Positions 35,191 through 47,196 of a stretch of 64,000 bases of DNA are shown here, one piece after another. Both the position numbers and the translations under genes were made by a program. The stretch's first letter is position 1; each line of letters starts with the position of its first letter. The DNA comes from Zootoca vivipara (Eukaryota), in contig NC_083277.1 in assembly GCF_963506605.1 (NCBI RefSeq), forward strand, positions 1,178,001-1,242,000. The letters are read 5' to 3'. The notes below the pieces were generated by a model, which made no database searches, was not told the origin of the DNA, and was given only the letters and a program-made list of their open reading frames with translations.

Positions 35191-36695
35191 CTAAGGCCCA
35201 TTTGACTTCACTCTCCAAGATGTCTGGCTCAAGGTCAGCAACCACACTATCTGGGGTGTACGAGACCTCCAGATCTTTCTGGTATAATTCCTCTGTGTAT
35301 TCTTGCCACCTCTTCTTGATGTTAGGACCCAACAGAAGCAGAAGACATCAAGAAGAGGTGGCAAGAATACACAGAGGAATTATACCAGAAAGATAGATGA
35401 TTAGTATAAGATAAATGTATTCTATGTGAAATTAGCTATAGATATAGAGGGAAGATGTACAGTTATTTGGGCGATCTCTTCCCTCTGTTCTTCTCTTCCG
35501 TCTTGGAACCTCTTGGTGGCAGTGGGGTTTTTTTGGGGTTGGGGAGGTGGGGAGAGGTCCAGTTGGGAAAAAGGACCACTTCCATCTGTCTTTATTCACC
35601 CTAGGGACTCCTGGTGGCAGGTGGAGGCCCGGGGATGGATGAGAGGGGAGGGGTGGGAAGTAAAATTAAAGGAGAAATAACAAGAAAGAGGATAGCATAG
35701 AAATACAAGCAATTTAGAATAGAACTTTATTTTTATGAGGAATTAAAAATAGAGTTTAGGTTATTGAAAAATGGTAAAAAGTCTGAGACATGAAAACTGC
35801 TAAAGAAGATTTTAAATTGAAAATCAGTAAAGGGGGGGGTCGAGGAAGTCCACAAGATAATGATTAGCAAAGAAGATGATAAGCATTATGCATTTGTATG
35901 TTGTTGTTTTTTAAATTGTTATGTGGTATATTTTGTTCTTTGTATTTGTATTTTTATATTTTCCCCCCTTTTATGTTTTTTTCTTCATTTTCTGATTGCT
36001 ATATTTGTTTTATGCGTGTATTATTAAAATGAATAAAAAAATTTGCGGGGAAAGGAAGCAGAGTTAGAGTAATATCATAGGAACAGCAGCATCACTCCCA
36101 CTGTTATAATTGCAATAATGGAACCATGAAGACACAGAAACACTGAAAGCACCTCCTTATATGCCAAGGTAATCTTGAAAACCCTCATCTATTCTTTTGA
36201 TTTATAGATATATTGTGTATAGATATATTTGGTGGCAGGAGAAATAAAAGGGGTGTTTAGTGGCATAAGCAGGAAAGGCTCTGTTCCTAGCTGCACATCT
36301 TGCCTGATGAGGGAAGGGGGCACAGGGAAGAAGGGGCCGTACCAGAGCATCTCAAAGCAATGTAAGGAGGAGTCTAATGTGGAAGGAGGTTCAGGCAGGT
36401 CCCAAAGCGAGAGTGCTAAGGGTCAACTTCCTCCAACTCCACCAGCTGCCCCAAGGCAGGAGCCCCCTCTGGGCCCTGAGGGTGGAAAGCCCCCCTCCAC
36501 CTTTGCAACTGGACATGATCCGAGGGCAGTGATGGTGAACCTTTTAGAGACCGAGTCCCCAAACTTCAACGCAAAACCCACTTAGTTATCACAAAGTACC
36601 AATGTGGCAATTCTCCCTGTATATCGATTTTTTTTCTGCTGATGTAATAAAAAATCCTTCTTAAAAGTTATTTGTGGCAACAAAAAAGGACTTTT

Positions 36696-37433
36696 ATGAA
36701 TTTTAACAAGGAAAAATGTAAAGTACTACACTTGGGCAAAATAAAAAATAAAAAATGAAAGGCACAAATACAGGATGGGTGACACCTGGCTTGAGAGCAG
36801 TACATGTGAAAAGGATCTAGGAGTCTTGGTAGACCACAAACTTAACATGAGTCAGCAGTGTGATGCAGCAGCTAAAGAAGCCAATGCAATTCTGGGCTGC
36901 ATCAATAGGAGTATAGCATCTAGATCTAGGGAAGTAATAGTACCACTGTATTCTGCTCTGGTCAGACCTCACCTGGAGTACTGTGTCCAGTTCTGGGCAC
37001 CACAGTTCAAGAAGGATACTGACAAGCTGGAACGTGTCCAGAAGAGGGCATCGAAAATGGTCAAAGGCCTGGAAACGATGCCTTATGAGGAACGGCTTAG
37101 GGAGCTGGGTATGTTTAGCCTGGAGAAGAGAAGGTTAAGGAGTGATATGGTAGCCATGTTCAAACTTCAGAGAAGCGGACATGGAGCAATGGATTCAAAC
37201 TACAAGAAAGAAGATTCCACCTCAACATTAGGAAGAACTTCCTGACAGTAAGAGCTGTTTGGCAGTGGAATTTGCTACCAAGGAGTGTGGTGGAGTCTCC
37301 TTCTTTGGAGGTCTTTAAGCAGAGGCTTGATAGGCATATTTCAAGAATGCTTTTGATGGTGTTTCCTGCTCGGCAGGGGGTTAGACTGGATGGCCCTTGT
37401 GGTCTCTTCCAACTCTATGAGTCTAGGATTCTA
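36696..37433 (+). mobile_element. CR1 LINE 3' fragment with internal deletion
   Basis: [10 protein letters not shown]...[13 protein letters not shown] peptide; CR1 3' UTR. Confidence 0.9.
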
Positions 37434-37468
37434 TACCCCTTTTATTTTTCCTGCCACCAAATACACAA

Positions 37469-38175
37469 TCTATATATATAAAAAAGTAAAAATCGTGAAA
37501 ATCCAGGTTCCACTTTTCTCCGTAACCGCTTGACCGATCGTCCTGAAATTTTGACACAACAATCCAGGCCACTCCATGCGCATTGTTGGGGGCAAAAATC
37601 CCTCAAAGAGCACACCTGCGCAGGTACAGACCTGGTTTTCCACCAAGTCAAACAGCGCCCTCAAGTGGAATTCCTCCCACAGTACACCCCCTCCCTTCCT
37701 GTGAAATCTAAGCCACACCCACAAACCAAATGACATCATCATCAACCAAGCAACTGAAATCAGCAAGGCGGCCATTATCACACCCCTAGGCTCCTGTCAT
37801 ACGCCGGTCACGGAGGGGGGGGGCAAACAGAATAGATCATGGATCGGGACACGTGGGGGCAGTCACAGGGATTAGCCACAATGTCTGACGTAGTCAAATA
37901 AAAATAAAAAAAAATCCTTCCAGCAGCACCTTAGTTGGTCTTTAAGGTGCTGCTGGAAGGAATATTTTTATTTTGTTTCAACTGAAAACAGGCCTTTTCC
38001 AGCAACAAGGTCCAATGAATAGAAGGCAGGGATACGTAATGGGTCAGAACAGGGTGGGGGGGAGACACAGGGATTAAACCTGCCCTCTCCACAGTATCTC
38101 GCCTCGACTCAGGGGGACACTAAGGCTCAGGGGGATCTGAAGGGGGGCTATTACCCTCCATTTCACATATACTAT
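37469..38175 (+). mobile_element. Helitron, 3'-truncated, with palindromic Penelope-derived insert (~37890-37985)
   Basis: A|TCTATATATATAAAA start and body homologous to 33424-33945; lacks hairpin/CTAG. Confidence 0.75.
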
Positions 38176-38552
38176 GACTGAATGCAACCCTCTGCGTCTT
38201 TTTTTAAAAAAAACAACAACCATGCACTTTCTCTCCCGTTTAAGTCCTCAGATATTTGCAGTGCCCAATTCAAACCCCCTCGATTTACAATCCCCTACCT
38301 TCCCCTTGCCACTTCCTGGTTTTTTTATGGAACTGAACAACTCAGAACGCACCTTCTGTTGCCAGGCCCTTGCAGGGCCAGACAGAGGCCGGGGCCAGGT
38401 AGATAATGTGACCCTGTTTTTAACCCTTTTGTTACTTTTTTTCATTTTACTGATTGTGAATATGCTGACAGAGGCCCCCTTTGGATTTGGAGGCCTGTGC
38501 CAAGTGGCCCATATGATCCCCCTCCTGTCTGGGCCTGTCTGTTGCTACAGGG

Positions 38553-38970
38553 CTGTCCACTCTGACTGAATCTCTTCCCACATTCCATACATTTAAATGG
38601 TTTCTCCCCCGTGTGAGTCCGTTGATGGTTTCTAAGGTGTCCACTCTGACTGAAGCTCTTTCCACACTCCATGCACTTAAATGGTTTCTCCCCTGTGTGA
38701 GTTCGTTGATGGTTTTTAAGGTTTCCAATAGTAGTGAAGCTCTTTCCACACTCCAGACATTTAAATGGTTTCTCCCCTGTGTGAGTCCGTTGATGGTTTC
38801 TAAGTATTCCACTCTGACTGAATCTCTTTCCGCACTCCATGCATTTGAATGTTTTTTTAATGGCTTCTTCATTATTTGCATTGAAATGCCTCCCCAGATT
38901 TCTGGCGGCCTTCTCCATTGTCTTCCTTGGACGGTGAAGGGGGGGAGGAAATCCTATTTGTTTTCTAGGA
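38553..38970 (-). pseudogene. Truncated C2H2 zinc-finger exon (ZNF-C), 3 intact fingers plus partial fourth
   Basis: Finger array breaks at CGKRFSQSG into unrelated sequence; acceptor region paralogous to ZNF-A and ZNF-D. Confidence 0.8.
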
Positions 38971-39389
38971 AGAAAACAAAGGAATATTACACACATCAAT
39001 CAACACCTGCTCTTATTTTAACATCTCATACATTCTCTCCTGCCCTCCATATGTTCCAATTTTTTAAGAAAGGCAAATGAAATAATGTTAGATCATTGTA
39101 ATGCATCATTGGCCTTTCATAACCCTTAATCAGCGTTAAGGAAGCAGCATTATCTTAGAATACGCTTGAACTGTGGAGTTTACCTTTTTATAAAAAGTGG
39201 TTTCCCATAGGAAAGGGAGCTGCTCTATGTCCATGAACCTGCCCACTATTAATCAGGGTCCTAAGTTAAATGAATACAATTTTGTGCACTGGAAGCAACA
39301 TTTGATAGTGCTTCTAGAACCTGAAATCATTCTTAATCTGAGGTACCACTTTAGATAATGGGGGCTCCCACTGCCCCGCCACACAATTT

Positions 39390-40690
39390 CTGTTCTCAAG
39401 AACCTTCTACCTGGGAGGAGATGCCAACTGCAAATGCCTCTCTCTGGAGGAAGGCCACACAGAAGGAATGTTGTACTGCATCAGAAGAAGACGTGGACCC
39501 TTATTGACCTACCTCCCGGTAAGAAGTTCATACGAAGGAAGTGGGTGTTTAATATTAAGAAAGGGGCAGAAGAGATAGTGCAGCGCAAGACTTTTCTCAA
39601 CGCTATGGCGAAGATTATGATGAAGTCTTTGCGCCAACTGTGAGGTACAGCAGCGTAAGAATGCTTTTGAGCATTGCAGCCGCCAAGCAAATGGAAATTA
39701 GGCACATTGACATTGCAAGTGCCTTTCTGCAGGGTCAAATTTCAGAGGCAACCTAAAGGTTTTATGAAAGCACGAGGGACATTTAGTGAGCAAACTGCAA
39801 AAGGGACTTTATGGACTTTATGCTAGAGCCTGGAATCAGAAACTGCACAAAATGCTGATGCAGCTTGGGTACGAGGAAGGCCATGCCAACAAGTGCCTGT
39901 ACAGCAAGTCAAGTAATGGACCATTTATTTTTCATACGTTTTAGCTTTTGTTGATGACTTGATTCTTGCCACAGCAAATGACAGACACTATGCCCATGTT
40001 AAATAAAAAAAATTCCTTCAGTAGCACCTTAAAGACCAACTAAGTTTTTATTTTGGTATGAGCTTTCGTGTGCATGCACACTAGCTCATACCAAAATAAA
40101 AACTTAGTTGGTCTTTAAGGTGCTACTGAAGGAATTTTTTTTATTTTACTTCGATCCAGACCAACACGGCTACCTACCTATGCCCATGTTGTGAAACACC
40201 TAAGCACAGAGGTTGAGGTCAAGGAACTGGGAAAGATCCAGTACTACCTCGGAATCCAAGTTGAAAGAGAAGAATATGGGTCAAAAGATTCATGACCTTA
40301 TCCAGATTTTGCAAATGCAAGATGCACACCCAGTTGCAACACCCATGGCTACTGACTTCTTAAAGAATCAGCAGGATTTGAAAACATTACCTGACAACAT
40401 AGAATGCAGGTCAGCAATTGGTAGACTTTTGTATCTTGTTACCACTTGTACACCTGATTTAGCTAATGCTGTGGGAATTCTTAGTGGGAAGGTAAATGCC
40501 CCCCCCTACCCGAACAGGATTATGCGGGTGTGAAAAGGGGGGTACAGTATTTGAAGGGCACAATGAATTGTAAATGGAAGTTGCCAGCTGTTAGTAATCC
40601 TGAAAAGCTTGCGGATATTGATGCAGATTGGGCCGGATGTACCACTGACTACAAATCAACAAGTGGATATGTATTTATGTTTGGGGAGGG
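39390..40690 (+). mobile_element. Degenerate Ty1/Copia RT-RNase H fragment
   Basis: Frameshifted TWTLIDLPPGKK..KWVF, DYDEVFAPTVR, IDIASAFLQG, KGLYGL, FVDDL, SAIGRLLYL, DADWAG, STSGY motifs. Confidence 0.85.
40001..40177. mobile_element. Palindromic (inverted) Penelope-like terminal-repeat insert
   Basis: 13-bp TSD CTATGCCCATGTT (39988-40000, 40178-40190); two inverted arms meeting at ~40082. Confidence 0.8.
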
Positions 40691-42568
40691 ATTCAATAAA
40701 TAAATAACAATTGTAATGATAAATACACAGACTGTTGGGGGAGAACCCCACCCATTTCCATAGCAATCTTCCCAATCCCTTAAATCCCACGGATTTAAGA
40801 GATCTGATATAGTGGGAATAATGGAAACCTGGTGGAATGGAGAGAAGGAGTTGGGCACAGGTATCTCTGGGTAGGAACCCTTTAGATGCTTCTCCCCAGA
40901 AAGACAGGCATGTGGGTGAGACTGTAGTTGCCAAGACAGAAGCCTCAAAGGGCAGAAATAATAAAGTGGGCTTCCTCTTTCCCCCCATGGTTGGACTCCC
41001 TATAACAGCCCCCAGCGCCCCATGCAGGAGCTGACCTGGGACTTATGGCAGGGCAAGGACTGAGCTTCAAGGGAGGAGACGGTGGGTGGATCAGGCCTCC
41101 TGTTCAGGGATCTCTCCCTGGTCAACTCGAAATCATGGCAGATTCCTGGGCAGGAGGGAGAAGTCAAGGCAGGCAGCCCCCAAGTCTCTCTCTCTCTCTC
41201 TCTCTCCCCAGCTCCTGCCAATGCTGGCTTCGATCCTCCCCCAGGCATGTCTATAGTGTGTTTTGGGGCCCCAATCTCTCTGTGTTCTAAAAATGGTCAA
41301 CAACTTTGGGGTAAAATTGTAAAAAATGGTCAACAACTTTGGTCGGCCCTCATGTATCTTCACTTCATTCAATCTGGCCCTCTTTGAGAAAAGTTTGGGC
41401 CCCCCTGCTCTAGACAAGAGGGACCTACCAAGCCTTGCCTTGGTACCCGGGCGGAGCCAGGAGCGCCCCAGAGATGCCTGCCAGGGGGAACCCAGAACAC
41501 GCAGAGGGGCACGGAATGGAGGCCTTGCTTCAAGTCCCAGCCCTGCTTGGGGGTGGGGGTCCTCGGGGGGGGGGCAGGGGAGCTGAGCATCTCTTGACAG
41601 CTGAGCACCTCCTTGCGCTACAAAGGGGACCTTGCAATGCAAACCCTGCCGGTGCTCCCTCTGCAAAAAGCCCCCCCCCTGAACCCCCTTTGGAAAAGGC
41701 AGGAAGGCTGATTTCTTGGGGGGGGGGCTTGCAATGAGAACCCTGCGAATGGAGGGTCCCTGATCTGCAGCCGGATTACATGGATCGGGGCCTGAATCAG
41801 CCCCTCCCCCGCTCGACTGACCCACAGAAAGAAGGGGGAGGGGGAGGGGGAAGTCCCCTACTTTCCTTTCATTCCCCCCCCCGCCCCAAATCCTGCCCTC
41901 TCTTCCCCGCGCCCCCATAATATATATAGATATATTTTGCACCTCTTTTTCCTCCTCCTCTGCAGACCTGCTCCGCTTCCGGGAATGTGAATGGCGGCCC
42001 CACCCCCTCCCCTCTTGGCTCCACCCACCCACCCAACCTCCCTGCCTCTCTAGGAAGCGGAGCTCACTGACCCTTGGGGAGGAATGAGTGACGCCTCCCT
42101 CCCAGAAGACACAAATTCTCCTCCTTCCAAACAAGCTCTGAATATCCTGTTTCTTTCCTGATCATCTCCCAGGTTCGATCCCCGGAGGCGGCAGGGAAAT
42201 AGACCCCCCCTCCCAAAAAGTCCTCCTCCTTCATCTCTTTTAATCCATTGCTGGGAAAAGGGGGGAGGGGATCCCGTCATTTCCCCGCCCATTTCCCAAA
42301 GTGGGGGAGGCAGGGCTGTGACGTAGGGTGTCCCCGTTACAACAGCCGTGCAGAGTAGACCGGAGTTGGGGTGCGCCTTTGGGACTTGGAAGAGCGACTT
42401 ACGACAACCCTTAATGGTGTTATCCCTTGCCATTATATCTATCTATCTATCATCTATCAATCAATCAATCAATCTCTTCTATCCGCTTATTTTATGTGCG
42501 CTGCTTGGAAGACAGCTTTGGTTCAAAGGCAAGATTGAAATACAATGGTCCCCCACCCCCCCCACTGG

Positions 42569-42658
42569 CATAGCTGCCAAGTTATCCCTTTTTTAAAGGG
42601 ATTTTCCCTTATGCTGAATAGGCTTCCTCGCGAGAAAAGGGAAAACTTGGCAGCTATG
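42569..42658. mobile_element. 90-bp hAT-type MITE
   Basis: TIR CATAGCTGCCAAGTT / AACTTGGCAGCTATG; 8-bp TSD CCCACTGG. Confidence 0.9.
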
Positions 42659-42804
42659 CCCACTGGTAACAAAGAGATATTCCACCCCCCCCCTCTCCAT
42701 GGGCTGGCTCTCCCCTTCCTTTCCCCCTTCTCCCCACTGCCCCTTTGAAGAGCCATAGCATCACAGAATCTGAGAACTAGAAGGGGCTGAAGAGTCATCT
42801 AGAC

Positions 42805-42940
42805 CAGGCATAGGGAACCTTGGCTCTCCAGATGTTTTGGAACTACAACTCCCATGATCCCTGAACACTGGCCCTGTTAGCTAGGGATCATGGGAGTTGT
42901 AGTTCCAAAACATCTGGAGAGCCAAGGTTGCCTATGCCTG
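42805..42940. mobile_element. 136-bp palindromic hAT-type MITE inside an old CR1 3' fragment (~42755-43320)
   Basis: Nearly fully self-complementary; 8-bp TSD ATCTAGAC. Confidence 0.9.
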
Positions 42941-44479
42941 ATCTAGACCAACCCCCTGCAAGGCAGGCATCTCAGCTCAAGCATCCAGGACAGATGGCCC
43001 CCCAACCTCTGCTCAAAAACCTCTCCTGGGAGTCTGTTCTCCTGCCAAGCAGCTCTTGCTCTCAGAGAGGGTTTCCAAATGCTTAGTCAGAATCTCCTTT
43101 CTTGCAACTTGAAGCCCTTGGTTGGAGTCAGACCCTACAGCCTAGAATAGAGGTATATTTTTTTGTTGCTGCTTCACCCTGTGGACTCATGTTAAGCTAG
43201 GGGTCCACCAAGACCCCTAGATCCTTTTCACATGTCCTGCTAGTAAGCCAGGTGTCCCACATCCTCTCTTTGTGCAGGACCTGACTTTTATTTGTCCCTG
43301 TTGAAATTCATTGTGTTACTCATTTTGTTATGCAAGGAGGTGCCCCAGCGGAGCTGCTATTCCTGTTACAGGAAATCTCAGGGGAGCATTAATAGGGCAA
43401 GTTGCACCCAAATTCTCTGTCCTGATCCTCCCGAGTGGTGGATCTATGGCTGGGCAGGATCTGTCCCACCTCAGACTGCAGAGGAGGCAGCTCACAGAAT
43501 GGACTGCTCTCCAGTGCACCCCTTTTCCCAGGGGAAGAGATGTCCAGCCGGACCCTCCTCCCTCCTGACTTGGTTTGCCTCCCCAAGTGGTGGAATCAAT
43601 GTGTCCCAGAAAACGGGGTCTTCCTTGCAGGCTGAAGTGGTGCAGTGCAGATACAGGCTAAACCCTGGGCCCATATCTATATTTTACACCTTTCCCCCCT
43701 TCTCCTCCTCTGCCAACCTGCTCCTCTTCTGGGAATGTGAATGGCGGCCCCTCCCCCTCCCCTCCCCCCTCCAAACCTCCCTGCCTCTCTAGGAAGCGGA
43801 GCTTACTGACCCTTGGGGAGAAATGAATGACACCTCCCTCCCAGAAGACACAAATATCCTCTTTCCAAACCAGCTCTGTTATCCTCTTTTTCCTGATAAT
43901 CTCCCAGGTTAAATCTCCCGAGAGACGATGGGGAAGGAGACCCCCCCCCCCCCAAAAAAGTCCTCCGGGGCAGGAAGGGGCCACAGCTTACATCTCCCCC
44001 TTCCTCTCTTTTAATCCTCTGCAGGTGTTACAGGAATTTTTACAATTAGGGGGGGGAGTTGCCCCTCCAGCAGGCAGTCTGCTCCCCCCCTTCATTCACA
44101 CACCCAATGTCTCCTCCAAGCCCCACATAAGGAAATGGCTCCCAAGGGGGGGATCTTGGGACATGAGGGAGGGCAGCCCTGATCCCTAAAGCGGGAGCCC
44201 AGGTATTGCCTGAGGGAGCATCCTGACACCTGAGTGCCAGACAGGGAGCAATAGCAAAACCAGATCAGTACAAAAGGGGTGATTAACTTGGTTGGGAAAC
44301 AGGGACATGTAAATATCTCTTTTGTATACTTAATGGGTGTATGGTGGAGGTCAAGGGAAAAGGGGGGCAAGCCTTGATGCTCAGGTTTCTGCACCCAGAC
44401 CCTCCCAACATGGGATGTATGCAGGAGTGTAATTTTAGGGGTGTTGTGGGTCTCTTTGAAAAAGTCGTCTGTTGGTCGT

Positions 44480-44625
44480 CTATTTCAGTGTATCTGAAGA
44501 AGTGTGCATGCACACAAAAGCTTATACCAAGAACAAACTTAGTTGGTCTCTAAGGTGCTACTGAACATTTTTTAAACTTTTTATATCTATTTCGACTGCG
44601 TCAGACCAACACGGCTACCTACCTG
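44480..44625 (+). mobile_element. Penelope-like terminal-repeat fragment with mutated hammerhead motif (44490-44527)
   Basis: GTAT-CTGAAGA-A-GTGTGCATGCACAC-AAAA-GCTT-ATAC: GAAA core changed to AAAA. Confidence 0.7.
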
Positions 44626-46124
44626 AATTTGTAAAACTGATTAAAGTGGGAGCCATCCTTTGTTCTGGGCTTCTTCCAGCTTCTCCCATGTGGTGGGTGG
44701 AAGTCCTGTTGCAAGAGTCTTTTCAATAAAGACCAGGCCTACTGGCTGCTGTTTCGCTCCGCAATTCCTGGCTGGTGTCTTGGTTTGGTTATCCAAGTGA
44801 GCGCAAGGATTTTCCTATAACACAGGGGAGGGGGCCGGATCTGGTCATTTTTACACCCATTTCACAACGTGGGGGAGACAGGGCCGTGGCGTAGGGTGTC
44901 TGCATTACAACAGCCCTGTAAAGTAGACCGGATTTGTGGGACTTGGAACAGTAACTGACAACAACCCTAAAGGGTAGCCCAGAGTCCTTCTTTTCTTTTC
45001 TTTTCTTTGTTTCAAATAATTTTTATTCATTTTCAGTTAATACAAAATACAAAAATGCAAGAACAAAAACCACAAAAACAAATGAAAAAGAAAAATGCAA
45101 AGAGATAAAAACAACTACAGAACATAAAAGTGTATTAGTTGGTCTTTAAGGTGCTACTGAATGATTTTTTAAAAATTTTGTATGAACACGAATAACACTT
45201 GTTTGTTTATGTTTCCTGTTTTCTTTTCACAAGCAGAGATACAGGTAATGCGTAAGCGTGGTGCCAGCTCCCTAAAAAAGATCAATAACTTTGTGAGGGC
45301 CCCCCCTTAATAAAAGGTCAACAACTCTGGGAAACGGGGCGGGGGGGGGCTTAAGACAGCCCTGACAACAACAACAAAAACAACAACAAATATTTACATG
45401 TCCCTTTTTCATTAAACCCAGGTTGGCACCATCCATTCGTTCTGCCAGGGTTCCAGTTCATTGTCAACAAGATTAAACAGATGCATGTTGGGCCAAAAAA
45501 ATATTAATTTCACATAGAGGCTGATGGGGAGGAGCAAGACCTTGGGGGTCATGTTAGGTAACTCAGGGAAGATGTTGACCCCGTGTGCAGTGGCTTGAAA
45601 AAAAATCCAAATCCCACGCTGGGGATGTTTAGGGAAGCGATTGGAAACACACCCACCACTATCCTAATGGTGTCGTGGAGATCTAGGGTGTGAACACATT
45701 TGGAGTACTGTGCACAGTTCAGTATTTGGGACCTTTTAGTTTGGAGAGAAGACGAGGAAGGAGGGACTGACCAGATAGCAGGGAGAAAGAGGATAGAGAA
45801 AAGCCCCCCCCCTTCATAAAACAAGAACTCATGGAATCCAATGAAGCAGGAATGGTGGAAGAATTAGGAGAGCGGAAAGAGGGGTCTCCCCCCTCCTCTG
45901 CATCCAGCCAGTCCATGATGGCAACAACAACAATAATATAATTACATCAATAATATGCATTGTGCTCTGCTGCCAGGAGGACTCTGTCGGATCATGTCCA
46001 ATTTCAAAGGTGGAGGGAGGCTTTCCACCCTCAGGGCCCAGAGGTGGATTTGAAGGAAGTTGACCCTTAGCACACTCGGTTTGGGACCTGCCTGAACCTC
46101 CTTCCACATTATACTCATTTAGCT

Positions 46125-47166
46125 CAGCGTTTCTCAACCGCTGTTCCGCGGCACACTAGTGTGCCGCAAGACTCTGTCTGGTGTGCCGCCACGTGCGGCG
46201 ATGAGAAGGGCGATTTGCAGCTCAGCCAGGCGGCAAGCCACGTCCTGGTACACATGGCTGTTGCGAAAGTTGCCGTCCAGGGCGCTCTGCACGTCCGCCT
46301 CCCCCCCAGATCTCCAGCAGAGCCCAAGTCTCCAGGTCCGACCACAGGAAGCCACGCGTGTTCGTGATCATCCTGGCGGAGGCGGCCCGCCCGCCCGGGC
46401 GGCCGCGATCGGACGGGAAGGGGCGATCAATGTCAGGCAGGCGGGGGCCAGCCGCCCGCCCGCCTCGCCGCAGCCCCTCCTCCCGCAGCTCCCCCTCTCA
46501 GGGTCCCCGGCAAGGCGGCAGTTGTGGCAGCCGAGATCCCATCCCTTCTCTCGCCGCCGGCGCCTCACGCGCCCCGCTCTCCGCTTCTAGTCCACCAACC
46601 GAAACTTTCCACACGCAACGAACGGGGCCGCCGCCGCCGGCCTGACGGGCCTGGCTTTCCTCAGCCTCGTCTGCAGCTGTCGCTCCCTCGCCTCAGGCGG
46701 CGGGAGCTCGGTGGTGGTGGTGGCGGCAGAGGGGGCTGCGCTTCGAGGCCGGAGGCCGCGGGGCATGGAGAAGAAGCGGTGGCTGTTGAGAAGGCGGGCG
46801 CCAAGGCTGAGCAGCACCGGCGCGGCCTCTTTCCTCTCTCCGCTCGCTCCCCGGCGGGCCGAAGCCGGCCCGGCGTCAGCAGCGCGCATTGCGCTCCAGC
46901 TGCCCCCTCCCCTTTGTGTGTGCGCACACTCACATCCATCCACACACACGCCAGTCGCCCAGGTTCACACACAAAGCAGCGAGGGTGTCTGTCGCACAAC
47001 TTCAGTGGTGGTGGGAAGAGGGGGTAGGAAGGCGAGAACAATAGGCAACGGTCTCCTCCCGAGGAAAAGGCATCGCGTACCTATAGGGCGGCACAGAGTT
47101 GGTGTGCCTCGTGATTCTTTTCATGGAACAAGTGTGCCGTGGCCCAAAAAAGGTTGAGAAACACTG
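46125..47166. mobile_element. Pack-type non-autonomous hAT element carrying ~860 bp captured GC-rich DNA
   Basis: TIR CAGCGTTTCTCAACC / GGTTGAGAAACACTG; perfect 8-bp TSD ATTTAGCT; ends match 34249-34594. Confidence 0.88.
46218..46371 (-). pseudogene. Captured fragment of a Myb/SANT-like (Myb_DNA-bind_4/trihelix-type) DNA-binding domain exon
   Basis: Hand translation MITNTRGFLWSDLETWALLEIWG/EADVQSALDGNFRNSHVYQDVACRLAEL with one +1 frameshift in the C7 run at 46301-46307; W..ET..LL.IW and RN..VY..VA..L pattern. Confidence 0.8.
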
Positions 47167-47196
47167 ATTTAGCTAATGCAGCAGCTAAAAAAGCCA

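Noticed and set aside
43292-43792. Possible SCAN-exon leader (EVVQCRYR)
   Set aside because: Only a few residues resemble a SCAN start; no GPRE/WL.PE/LEQF motifs follow
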